The position numbers were made by a program, and so were the translations under genes. The notes beneath the pieces were generated by a model. The model worked only from the letters and a program-made list of their open reading frames with translations. It did not search any database and was not told the origin of the DNA. This document shows, in pieces, positions 37,030 through 48,198 of a DNA stretch of 64,000 bases. The first letter of the stretch is position 1. Each line of letters begins with the position of its first letter. The DNA is from Guillardia theta CCMP2712 (lineage: Eukaryota > Protista > Cryptophyta): assembly GCF_000315625.1 (NCBI RefSeq), contig NW_005434599.1, positions 352,595-416,594 of the forward strand, given 5' to 3'.

Positions 37030-38058
37030 ATGTCCTTTCCAGACAGTCAAGCCGCCTACAGGCTTCTGGTCAAGTCCATGTCGCCATGGCCGTTGTTCTC
37101 TTCCAACTGGTTCCGCATGTTGGAGGGGATACAGCAGATCACAGACGCAGCTGTGCTAGAGAACAAGAACGTGGATAGGGACACACAGGCCAGCACAACG
37201 CTGTGGGAGAGGAACGAGCTGATAGTTCGATACATCCTCGAAGAAGGGAAGCTGAACCTTACTCTGAGGCTGCTGGTGGATTTCAAGGACCTGCAACGGC
37301 AGGAGCAGTTTGCGAACAAGCTCTCGGCAGCGAAGCAGGCGGAGCCCAACGCGAGCTTCGACGACTTGTCGACGATCAAGATCAAGGCAGCACTGTTCGA
37401 ACAAACTCTTGGAGTGCTGATACTCTGCTCCATCACGTCGATCGAAGCCTTGCAGGTCATCGACTTTCCACTCTTCATCGAGCACATTGCTAAGACGTTG
37501 GAATTTGCCCTGATGCACCCTGAGATGGTGCGGTCACCCGATTCCTATAGAAGACAAGAAGTCTTGGCTGTCTCCTACATATTTCACATCCTACAAGCCA
37601 TGGACCAGCTGCAAGAGGATAGAATAATGGAAGTGATGCAAGAGAAGAAAGTTTTCCCGTCCTTGGTCAGGAACATAGCCACCTATCACACCTACTACCA
37701 GACGAATGTGAAGAAGCATTCTGTCATGGTAGGCTGTGTTGGACCCCTTCCTGAAATCTCACCTTCCTCCCAGGCGGTCTCTTCCTTTGTCAACACTGAA
37801 GCATTCAAGACGAACCCGAAGGCTTTCCTGCAGGACGATGAGACCAAGTCTCTGATCGTCTCGTTGGAGGAGAGTTTAATCAAGGTTCTTGTGAGGGAGG
37901 GCGAGCCGAGGCCTGATAGGTGGCAGGAACATTTCTCAGACTACTCGAAGAAGAAGTTGATTCGGGTCCGATGTGCTGTCGTGCCCGATCGTTGAACTAA
38001 CGTTGCTCACTCGCAGCCTTTGCTAGACTTCATCTTGCGGAACAAGCCCCCCAAGTGA
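37030..38058 (+). CDS. Hypothetical all-alpha protein (possibly ciliary)
   Basis: Long ORF MSFPDSQAAY...LWERNELIVRYILEEGKLNLTLRLL, with short introns near the 3' end. Confidence 0.75.
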
Positions 38059-38271
38059 GGACGGGGGAGACAAGCCATCAAGCGTGGAGAGCAGGGTGGA
38101 AGGAAGAAATGAGAGAAGTGGGGAAGAGATAGAGAGGGAAAGAGGGTGAAGGAAGCGAGGTAGAACAGAATCTCAAGTGTTATTAATCAAAGTCAAAATG
38201 TTCTCGGATCCTTGCCGCCAGGTATATTTCTAGAGATACGATAATTTGAAAGGCGAGGCAAGAGAAGGGAG

Positions 38272-41199
38272 TCATCCAACCGGAGAGTCGTTCTTCTTGA
38301 GCAGCCCGAAGTTCTTAAGGATCTTGATCTGGTGTGCTCGCTTCGTTACGTTGAGATCATCCCAGAGCTGGTCAAGTACGTCAAGCATGCTTCCGTCGAT
38401 GCTATTTTCACGGAAAGCTGAGACGTGTTCCTTGAGCTCAATCTGTTCGAGCTTCCGGCAAACGTCATCGACCGTCATGCTAAAGACTGGAGGCTCTGTC
38501 GCTGCGGAAGTCTTGGAGTTTGCAGACGAAGAACTTGACTGAGTTTCCACATCGCTGAGCATCTGCGTCAAAGCCTCCTCCATTGCTTGTGCATCAGGAA
38601 AGCGTTCCTTCTTGTCCTTTTTCAATGCCATGCGAATGAAGTTGTTGCATTTGCTCGAGACGCCTTCGATCAGAGGAGGCGTGAGGTGGAGGATGTTCAA
38701 GCCAAGATTAGAGTGTTCTTCGCGTGTCAGGCAAGCATCTTCGATAGACAGTTCTCCTTCGTTGCTTGTCTGCCCTTTCAGATTTACAAACGGATGATTT
38801 CCTGAGAGCATCTTGTAAAAGATGACGCCAAGACTCCATACATCTGTCCTGATGTCAATGTCCATGGTCACTCCTCGCACTTGCTCTGGTGACATGTACA
38901 ACGGATTTCTCAGCAGATCTCGCGCTTTCGATGTTTCTGGCCTGAGAGGATCATTCTTCTGCATTCCCACATCAATTATCACAATTCTATTGTCTTCCGA
39001 TGATATCATTACGTTCGATGGTTTTAAATCGTAATGTGTTATTCCTCTGTAATGTAAATTTGCCACTCCATGCACAAGCTGTGATATGAAATTCTTACTA
39101 TCTTCCCAGGGAAGCGCTTTGTCTTGCATCAAACTTTCTAGAGTAACACCATCTATATATTCCATCACAACTATTAGCTGGCTGTCAGATATTCCTGCAT
39201 CCAACACCTTGACAATGTTGCGGTTCTCAACCAGCTGTAATTTCATTAACATTTCCATATCGTGGTCGTTCTCATCTGTAAATCTTGAGTTACACAATTT
39301 GATTGCGACAGTCTCATTGCGCTTATCCCTCCCACGATAGACTTGACTCATCGATCCCACCGCGACTAAAACATCTAGAGAGTACTTGGTGTCATTCAGG
39401 ATTATTTGACGGACACTCGATCTAATTGTTGCTATCTTTGTCGGAACACTCCTGCCATACGAACAGTCTGCAGGACACACGCCATCAAGAATTCCAGATA
39501 AAATATTTAAAATATTTTCGCAAGATTGTTCGAATGTTTTAGGGTCCATCTTCCTGTTTTTCCCTCTATGTAAGAGGAGTCGGTCACTTTCATTCATCAA
39601 GATCATGATATTCTCACGTATGACTGGATCCTGCAGCATTTCTCTGTGTGTAAGGATAGTTCCGAGTGCTGTCACATCCCATTTTGTGTAAGATTGTGAT
39701 AAGATCTTGGTACGTATACTAGATGACTTGACATCACATCGGCTTATTAGATTTCTTGCATTGATATCTTGCCATGAATTTCCTGTCATGGATTGCCACA
39801 GATGAAGAAATGCATCCTGCATGACTTCCGAGCCAAGCTCAGTGATAAGTCTACAGTATTTGCCATAATTCTCTGCATCAATTTGTTCTGGTGTTTTTGA
39901 TTCTTTTCGATTTGCATCTGCATTGATGATGTTATCAAATATGAATGAATTCTGACCAGGCTGTATCGGTGGAACTAGGTCCAGAGAGAAGGGGCTGCAG
40001 ATTTCTGCCCATAGAGCAGATTCAAAGTAGGGTGGCCTTCCATTGCTGTCATCGTGAAGATCATCATTACTCTTAGCAGCAACAGAATGGTCGACTTGTT
40101 GTGGAATTACAATCTCTGAAATTTCAGGCTTCTGCTTCTTATTCTTCACCACTCTCTTGGTCCAATCGATTTCAAAAACGCTTTCACACTTCATAAGTAA
40201 TTCTAGATAGTAATCAGGTTTGTATTTGGCATCTGCTGTCATGATACTTGATGCAGCTTCTGCAGCGTCCTGGAAGGACATATCTTTCTTACCCAATTCT
40301 CCTAGTCTGCGCCGAATTTCTTGAATGTAGAGAATATTTGACCTTGGTTTTGCATCTATGATAGAATTTCCATCTTGTAGAACAAGTTGACGGTTTCTGC
40401 ACGCTTCCAACGCATTTTCTGCATCTTCAAAATTTACGAAATTCACGAAGGCGTAACCATCCATGAGACGAATTGGCGGCAGTCCATTGCTTTGCACCAA
40501 AGGACCGAATGCACTAAAAGCCTTCTCTAAACTTGATGCATCAGCATCATAAAGATTCATGACGTAAAGAGTAAAGCATAGCAACGTTTGCTTGATTCCG
40601 TCGCATTTGATATAAACAATTGGTACCGGATGATTAGGGTTCTTTTTACGATGTTCTTCTTCAATCCACTTCTCATAATTATACTTAGCACGAAGTGCCT
40701 CCTCTGAATTACGAAAATTGAAATACACAAGCGGACATCCATAATATCGCGGATCGTTGTCTGTTGCAACAATGTAGAATATTGCCTGCGGGTGAAAATC
40801 ATTTTTCAGCTTCACACAAATTTCTTCCAATCCATCGTCTTGACGCATCCATTTTAAGCATACTGTTTGGTTAGGTTGAAAAGGTTGTTGATTATTGTTG
40901 TAAGGCTTACTTTTCAAATAAACTATGGGTTTTTCCATACCTCCTGCACCCCAGATCTTTGCATGTTGTACTTCGATCCATTCCTCAATTCTCGCACGTG
41001 CATTTACAGCTTGTTCATGATCAGCATAATTGAAGAAAACGAGAGCACTTCCCTCATTTTGTGGATCTGAATCCTTGTTTATGCACAGTGAGCAGGCTTG
41101 TGGCTTGATATTATCGTATATGCTTTGGCAAATCTCCTTCATCTCTTTCACTGGCCTGAGCCATTTGACGCAAACTGTTTGGTTAGGAGGAAAGAACAT
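38272..41199 (-). CDS. Intronless multidomain protein: 3 RRM-like + LOTUS/wHTH-like + HEPN-like + Ser/Thr kinase + SAM
   Basis: 1009-codon ORF, first ATG at 41199. RRM TLYVMNL...GYAFVNF; kinase VAIK, HYDLKPSN, DVG, YMSPE, DVWSLG; SAM MTVDDVCRKLEQIELKEHVSAFRENSIDGSML. Confidence 0.88.
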   Translation of the reverse strand: MFFPPNQTVCVKWLRPVKEMKEICQSIYDNIKPQACSLCINKDSDPQNEGSALVFFNYADHEQAVNARARIEEWIEVQHAKIWGAGGMEKPIVYLKSKPYNNNQQPFQPNQTVCLKWMRQDDGLEEICVKLKNDFHPQAIFYIVATDNDPRYYGCPLVYFNFRNSEEALRAKYNYEKWIEEEHRKKNPNHPVPIVYIKCDGIKQTLLCFTLYVMNLYDADASSLEKAFSAFGPLVQSNGLPPIRLMDGYAFVNFVNFEDAENALEACRNRQLVLQDGNSIIDAKPRSNILYIQEIRRRLGELGKKDMSFQDAAEAASSIMTADAKYKPDYYLELLMKCESVFEIDWTKRVVKNKKQKPEISEIVIPQQVDHSVAAKSNDDLHDDSNGRPPYFESALWAEICSPFSLDLVPPIQPGQNSFIFDNIINADANRKESKTPEQIDAENYGKYCRLITELGSEVMQDAFLHLWQSMTGNSWQDINARNLISRCDVKSSSIRTKILSQSYTKWDVTALGTILTHREMLQDPVIRENIMILMNESDRLLLHRGKNRKMDPKTFEQSCENILNILSGILDGVCPADCSYGRSVPTKIATIRSSVRQIILNDTKYSLDVLVAVGSMSQVYRGRDKRNETVAIKLCNSRFTDENDHDMEMLMKLQLVENRNIVKVLDAGISDSQLIVVMEYIDGVTLESLMQDKALPWEDSKNFISQLVHGVANLHYRGITHYDLKPSNVMISSEDNRIVIIDVGMQKNDPLRPETSKARDLLRNPLYMSPEQVRGVTMDIDIRTDVWSLGVIFYKMLSGNHPFVNLKGQTSNEGELSIEDACLTREEHSNLGLNILHLTPPLIEGVSSKCNNFIRMALKKDKKERFPDAQAMEEALTQMLSDVETQSSSSSANSKTSAATEPPVFSMTVDDVCRKLEQIELKEHVSAFRENSIDGSMLDVLDQLWDDLNVTKRAHQIKILKNFGLLKKNDSPVG

Positions 41200-41639
41200 T
41201 CTCGTTGAGTAGGATGCGAGAAAGAAGATGAATCTTCGGCTCGCAACTGCGGAAAAGGAGTAGAAAGCTGTTCCTCGAAAGGCTTCACAGATATAGAGCA
41301 AGTTGATATCAAAGTTGCTGTTGATTCGATGGGATTACGAATTCAGTGATCTGCAACTTAAAGAATTGAGCAACGACTGATGGTTTCGTTGTCTTTTTCC
41401 TTGTTCCTTCATCACCTTTGCTCTTACTTAGTCTCTGTCACCGTCCACGCTAGAACCCTAATATTTATCTGTCGCCTGGCCTTTCGCTCTACCTCCTTTC
41501 TTCTTGCCTACCACCGAGCGCAAGCAAGATGTCACCCTCAAGTCCTCCCCGCTGTCTTCCCTGCCTCTCCTGTCCACTTCTTGTCCCTCTTTGTGTTCTT
41601 TTTTTGTGTTTTTTTTTCCTCTTTGTTTCTAGCCGCCAA

Positions 41640-42380
41640 CCCAGTCCTCTACCCCACCTCTGTACCGCTACCCTTACCTGGACCCACCCAGGGGCTATGG
41701 TACCCCTACCATCAATGTGACCAATGCAATAGGCAACTTGCAAGGATCATCCTTTGATGCCCTTTACTATCTAAATATTCCAATAAGATCATTATGTTAT
41801 AAAAGGTATCCATATGGCCTTTGTAAACAACATCCCCCACCCCCACCATATATGAATGCCCACCCCACGATTCATACTACCCTTTAGCCGCTTGATTTCC
41901 CATTTCTTTTGTACCATCTACCCCCTACCCACACTGACCCAGTACCCCCTCCTCTTCCTATCCTCTTCCCTTCTCCTAGTAGGACTTTAGAGCCCTTGAA
42001 CTACCCCACCCTTTTGTTGCACGACTTAGGGAATAGCACCCCACCCTGAACTACCCTACCTAAGTATACCATTGTTCATGCCATTGCTCGTGCCTCTACC
42101 CACCCAACCAACCATACATGTCAAGGTTACTTCACTACCCCATTTAGAAGCCAATACTACCCACCTTCTGGTAAGTTGCAGCAGATATACTACCCAAAAT
42201 AATGGATTATAGTACCCCACCCCGCTGTTCATGAAGTACCCACCCCACTTCATATCACGGATTCAAAACTTGGTAGCCCCCTGGCTACCCTACTCGAAGG
42301 CTTCGGCGAACTAAATCGAGTGCTCGCCGACCGGGCCGGGGCCGTGGGCTCAGTTTGTCCGGATCCGGCCGGGCCGCTAC
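41640..42380. promoter_or_regulatory. TACCCC-rich tract plus a short GC palindrome island between the divergent kinase and SDR genes
   Basis: Dense taccc/acccc, followed by ccgggccggggcc and ccggatccgg. Confidence 0.4.
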
Positions 42381-42433
42381 TTATGCTTCCCTGACTGAAA
42401 AGCGATTATGAGCCTCTTCAGCGTGTGTCCGTC

Positions 42434-43592
42434 ATGGTGTGGATAGAGGCACTGGCGGGCGTAGCGTTCGCATCGTTCATCATCCCCTTCCTCCTTGCTG
42501 CCTTCGTGTGGAAGAGACAGGACCTCAAGGTAGAGCTGCGTCCATGCGCTCTCCCACTCAAGGAGCTGCTGATTCTCATTCTTCTTTACACCGGTGTTGA
42601 CCTGAACTTTGCAGAAGAAGTACGATTGCGAGTGGGCGCTGGTCACGGGTGCATCGAGTGGTATTGGGAAGGTTCTCACGGAGAAACTTTGTCAACAGGT
42701 CTATGCCTGCCAGTCTGTTTGTGATTACCCGCTCACTGGACTCATCTTCAGGGAATCAATGTCGTCATGGTAGCCTTGGACGATTCTTTGCTCGGTGAGA
42801 GCTACGAAGAATTGAAGAAGAGGTGTTTTCTTTTACCATGTTGCTGTACACCATCTGATGTTAACTTCGAAAGGTATCCGGATGTTCAGATCCGAAAAGT
42901 TGGGGCAGATCTTAGTCGTGAAGGATACATGGAGAAAATTAAGGACTCGACGAAGGACATATCCATTACTTGTGTGTTCAACAATGCAGGATACATTACC
43001 ACGGGGATGTTCGCTGATGTTCCAATAGAGAAGCATCTGCTCAACCTTCATTGCAACTCCACATGCGCCGTTCAGATCACGCATCACTTCCTGAACAAGA
43101 TGCTCGACTCTGGCAAGAAAGGGCTGGTCTGCTTCACGTCCTCTCCAGCGGGGTGCATGCCAAGTCCGTTTGCCGCCATCTATGGATCGTCCAAAGCATT
43201 CCTGACAGAGTTCGCAACGTCCTTGGCTCCCGAAGTGAAGTACAACGGCGTCGATGTCCTTGTTGTGCATCCCTCTCCGGTGGCCTCCAACTTCTACAAC
43301 TCAGTACACAAGATTTCCTCCATTGCTTTCTTCCAGAAGACTGTCCGGGGCCCAGAGAACATCGTCGAATACATGTTTGCAGGAGCTGGAAGGACTGTGA
43401 TTGTGGAAGAGGTATATTGAGTGGAAAGTGCTCTGGTTGTAACTCAGTTCTCAGGGGTATTTCTGCTTCTTCGTGAGAGGAGTGCTCTTGAAGCTGATTG
43501 ACGTGGCCTTCCTGACCAACATCATCACTCGCTGCATCCATCTCAACGCTGATTACAAGAAAGTGACTGTCCAGAGGAAGAAATCCAATTGA
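42434..43592 (+). CDS. Short-chain dehydrogenase/reductase (17-beta-HSD/KAR-like, ER)
   Basis: N-terminal TM; WALVTGASSGIG; NNAGY; YGSSK catalytic motif; C-terminal KKSN*. Confidence 0.9.
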
Positions 43593-43716
43593 GCAATGTG
43601 GACAGCATATGCTGTAAGTTTCCGACTTGGTTTTAAGAATAGGTTAAATGTTTCATTGAACAAAGCATTAAAAAAGAAAGGGGTATTTACACAGACATCG
43701 ATTGAAAGAGCATAGG

Positions 43717-44901
43717 TCATGGAACAAGTGATACAGGAATCTCTGATGCTGCATGTGATTGTTGACCTTTCTTCAGCAGCTGAAGGTACGGCTCCATTGG
43801 GGTGTTAACATAAGGCAGGTGAACTCCGTCCCTCTCTGTCCTCTTGTTGAGAGGAGGAAGCTTACCTGCGTCTAAGCTTATGCGCGTGAGATATTTGGGC
43901 TTGCCTGGCATGGGATTCTTTTCTCTTGCTTCCTCGGGGCTGAGAATTGAAAAGATGGCCACAGGAATACTGCGCACCTTGGTAGAATTAAACATTTCCT
44001 TGGAGGGGAGGGAGTGACTGTTTGCTGCGGTGATCTCCGACAGCTTCTTCATCTTTGTATCATGGCTGTATGGTGAGACCGACCTTCTCCCTCTGCCCAG
44101 TCCGGAACTTGATCGCTGAGGGACTTCAGCATCCGATCTCACTTTATGCATCCTCCCCACGAGGACCGGCTCTGTCGATCTCGAACGTTGTTTCAGAAGC
44201 GTCTTCTTCCTCTCGTGAGGGCTTCCACTTAGCTGCATCAGCTTGCTGCCGGCAAAGTTCCCCTTCTTGAGGTAGTTGATGTCGTTCTGAATCATGATCA
44301 GCGCCTGGTCCATCCTATCTGGCATGTTTGCGAATGGCAATTTAGAGCGCGCGAGCCGCTTGCAGGGAGTTTGATGCAGAGCCTTCCTCTGCGGGAGGGG
44401 ATTGAATCCTCCCATGGCCGGATCATCCATCCATGGCCGAACCGTCATGGTGGGCTGCTGAGCGAGCTGGGGTTCGGCATAGCCCATGTCGAAGCTGCTC
44501 TCTGGGGACAAGGAGCTGCGTGACCTCAAGGACAGCTCCTCGAGTGAACCGGTCTCATCGACCGAGTAGAGAGGAATGTCACTCTTGCGGATATGGTATG
44601 GAGCCTTCCTTTCCTTTCCACCGTTCCCATTCGCCCTTCTCGACGACCTTTTACTTGCGTTCTTGTCAACGGCTGCGGCATCAACCTGGTTCTGGGCATC
44701 GTGGTCTTCTTCGATTGCTGTGTCCATTCCTTCCACTGAGCTCTCTTCTTGCATCACGATGTCCTTCTCTTGCACCTCATCAAAGCTTGCATCACTGCTA
44801 TCATGGGGCTCTTGGCCTCTCAACTGACTGTCGTCATCCACATCAATGTCATCCCTCTCCTCCTCCCCATCGTGTTGACGTTGCAAGTTTTCTGCCTGCA
44901 T
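43717..44901 (-). CDS. Hypothetical disordered protein (394 aa, acidic N-terminus, basic C-terminus)
   Basis: Single long ATG-initiated ORF; no recognised domain. Confidence 0.6.
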   Translation of the reverse strand: MQAENLQRQHDGEEERDDIDVDDDSQLRGQEPHDSSDASFDEVQEKDIVMQEESSVEGMDTAIEEDHDAQNQVDAAAVDKNASKRSSRRANGNGGKERKAPYHIRKSDIPLYSVDETGSLEELSLRSRSSLSPESSFDMGYAEPQLAQQPTMTVRPWMDDPAMGGFNPLPQRKALHQTPCKRLARSKLPFANMPDRMDQALIMIQNDINYLKKGNFAGSKLMQLSGSPHERKKTLLKQRSRSTEPVLVGRMHKVRSDAEVPQRSSSGLGRGRRSVSPYSHDTKMKKLSEITAANSHSLPSKEMFNSTKVRSIPVAIFSILSPEEAREKNPMPGKPKYLTRISLDAGKLPPLNKRTERDGVHLPYVNTPMEPYLQLLKKGQQSHAASEIPVSLVP

Positions 44902-45207
44902 AGCTGTCCTTCACTTATTCACTTCTTGTCGGCCCCATTGCTTGTTCCTTCCCGGTCTTTATCCTCTTCGCCATGCCCACTACTCGTTGCTTCCTCCTCC
45001 CTGCATACCGTACTGGTCGGTCCAAAGCTAAACGCCCCTACACTCCCCTGAGTCACTACCCCTGCCCAAAGAGACCCCCTAGTATGAGCTTCAAACTACC
45101 CCCATAATCACATGCCCGTAGAGCGAGGTATTACCCCTACCCCCATCATGAAGGCACAAACAATCATCAGTTAACTTCGTGCCATGAAAGACAGCACTCA
45201 CATATGA

Positions 45208-45369
<162 letters not shown>

Positions 45370-45579
45370 TAACTGTTCCCTCCTCTCCTCTGCTTTGGCT
45401 GCTCCTCTGTCTGTCTGCTCTATGTTTCTGCTCGCTTGTTGTAGGCTCACAATCATTCTCTCTCCCAAATGAGCCCGGAAGATTCACTTGCATCTCCGTC
45501 CCATGTCGTTCCTATATCTCCCTCCCTCTCTCCCATATCCGTTCTGGGTGACGTTTCTGTCTTCATATATCTACATGGA

Positions 45580-47915
45580 GTGATAGTATTACATTCCCAC
45601 GTCATCGCTGCTGGAAGATCTTGAGGAAGCTCCTCAAGGTCATGACGAACCTTCGCACCTCATGCCAGTCATATGACCTGACCGAGCTAGTCACAACCAC
45701 CTCCTCTCACACTTCCGCCTCCTCTCCCTCCCCCTCCCTCCCCCTCTCATAACCTCCTTCGGCCCCTCCTTTCCCCTCCCTCCTCCTCTCATTCACCGCA
45801 AAAAGTGTGCAACACGCGCGAAGGTCCTGACGAGGCCGCGCAACACTTGTCCAGCCTGCTTTGAGACTTCGCTCTTGAGGAAACTCGTCCACACTGACAG
45901 CAGAATAGCCACGCTCTGCTGACCGCTGCTCTCCTCATCGTGTCCCTTCTCCTCCCCATACACAGAGGATGATGAGGCATCTGCGGTCCTGAGGTTGAAC
46001 GTGCCCTCGGCTCCGTTCTCTCTCAGTTTCAAGCGCTCTTCTCGCAACGCAATCTTTGGCGGGAAAGGTTGCTGAGGACTTTCCGGCCCCTCGAGAGAGA
46101 TCGGCTTCAACGGCTGCTCCGCGTCTGCACGCTGCCCCTGCTGCTGCGCCGACGATGCTCGAGAAGATTCGACACTGACAACTTCCAACCCTCCGCACGT
46201 AGACGACGTCCTGACGTCCTCTGATCCATCAGGCAGAGAAACGGAAGCTCGACACTCTTGAGCAGGCGTAGCCTCGATCTGGTTTTGCCATCTAGGGCAC
46301 TTTCCTCCGACCTCGTCCTCCTTCTTGTACTCAAACTTGGTCGCAGGCACAGGGTGTGAGAGAGTGGCCAGAGCAGGCTCGTCGAGCCCGAGTTTCCGCA
46401 CGAGCATCTGCAAGGTTGACTCCAAGGTCTTGGACATGGTAGAGAGACCGGCCGCGGTTCCTTGCAGTTGATCTTTCACTTCATTGAGCTGCCTGGAGAC
46501 CTGGAAGAAGTCTTAGAGCCAGCAACAACGCCGTCACTCAGATCACCTCGATTGCCTCAAGCTTTCCCTCCAAGCTCTCGACTTGCAGTCTTGACATTCT
46601 GATGCAACGAGTCAAACGACGTGAGACAGCAGCTACGGAGGAGCTCACTGGATCTCCTGCTCGAGGCTCTTGATCATGCGGTATTGCTCCATCTGGTTTT
46701 CAGTCTTCCGCTTCAGCGTCTCCATCCACATCTCATCTGATTTCTTCATCTTGGCCTCCATATTCTCGATCATTCCTTTCAGCTCATCCACCTCACTGAT
46801 CGTGTCCGCACACGCTCGGATCACAGCGCCCTTCATACTTCTCGCCTGTTTCGATCGCGCCGACGTCTGCACCGCTTGACGTCCCACGTTTCCTCGTGTG
46901 CCCGCGTCTTGTCGTGCTGGATGCGAGTAGCTCGATGATGGACCATCAGCCCCAGCAGCAGCAGGAGCAGCGTCGATGAGCAGCTGGGCTGCTTTCTTCT
47001 TGCCCCACATCTTGGCAATAGACATAGCGCTCTGCCCAGCATTGTTTTCCGCCTGTTCACACAAGTCAGAATCATCAGGTTATAGTCGACGAGGCATCGG
47101 CAGGATACCTTGGCATCTGCTCCAGCTTCAAGTAGGAACTTCACCATCTCCGTGTCGCCCAGAGCAACAGCTTTCATCAGCGCCGTCCAGCCGTGCATAT
47201 CCTTCGCGTCCAGCTGCGCTCCCCGAGCCAGGAGCAGGGCGAGAGCTGTGGTGTTGCCGCTGATGGCAGCAAGCATCAGCGGCGTCTCTCCCATCTCGTT
47301 GTGGATGTTCACAGAGGCATGCTCCTTCCGAAGCTCCTCCGTCAGCAACGACGGGTTGCCGGCGAGGGCAGCGCTCATGAGGTCAGAAGCCGGTCCCTTC
47401 AGCTGAGGTTCGACGAGCAGCTTTCCCTGTGCTAGGAGCCCAACCCTGGCATTGGTAAGCATAGAGTTCCATGCTGCACGCATCTTCTTGTGCCAATCTC
47501 GTTCTACTGGTGGCAGAGCACTTCCCTCTCGTGAAGAGCTCATCGCGTCGCTTTGCTCCCTGTGTGTGGTCGTGGCGAGAGCAGCCAAGTCGTTACCAGA
47601 TGTCGAGGATCGCTCGAGGAGGCTGACCTTCCTCGTGCTCTCTGATCCTACTCTCCTCATCTTTCTCAGACTCAACTTCATTTCTCCTCCCCGAAGCTCC
47701 GACGGGAGCTTGAGGAGCCATGAAGGCGGCTGCGTATGATTCCTGACCCCGAGTAGAGGCAGAGGAGAAGACGCTGACGTTCGAGCCGGTTGCTCGGCCT
47801 CGTCCTCCCTGCGAAGAGACTTCACTTGCTGTGCTCCACTGAAGCAGAAGAGGATCGCAGCTGCTGCTGCCATCGCCATCCCGCCTCCCCTCCCTCGCAT
47901 CTTCACATACCCCAC
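45580..47915 (-). CDS. Ankyrin-repeat and coiled-coil protein with a signal peptide
   Basis: GETPLMLAAISGN, GWTALMKAVALGD, GQSAMSIAKMWG; leader MAMAAAAAILFCFSGAQQVKS. The 3' end is approximate. Confidence 0.8.
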
Positions 47916-47919
47916 GGCC

Positions 47920-48185
47920 GCCCTAGGGAATCCGTGGGAGAATTTCTAGCTGTGAAGCCCGGTGTTGCCCCCCATCCGATGACCGCCACTCTCAGTGCGC
48001 TGCCTGGTGCGCTGCCAGACTCTTCACGGTGCCGCCGCTGTGCCGCGGCGCACTGCAGATCGGACGGTCACCGGGCTTGGGGTCGCGACTCAGTGACCAG
48101 TCCCGGCACTGGCGGGCCCTCATCACTGATCAGGCTGAGCCGGATCGTAAGGCGGCCGTTTTACGGTGAGGAATTTACCGAGCCT
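47920..48185. promoter_or_regulatory. GC-rich island upstream of the ankyrin gene
   Basis: gactcagtgacc, cggtcaccg, gccgcggc, tgatca motifs shared with the other islands. Confidence 0.4.
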
Positions 48186-48198
48186 TCATTTATATGCA

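Noticed and set aside
41640-42300. TACCCC tracts as interstitial telomeric repeats
   Set aside because: No regular tandem period; motifs are scattered and track gene orientation.
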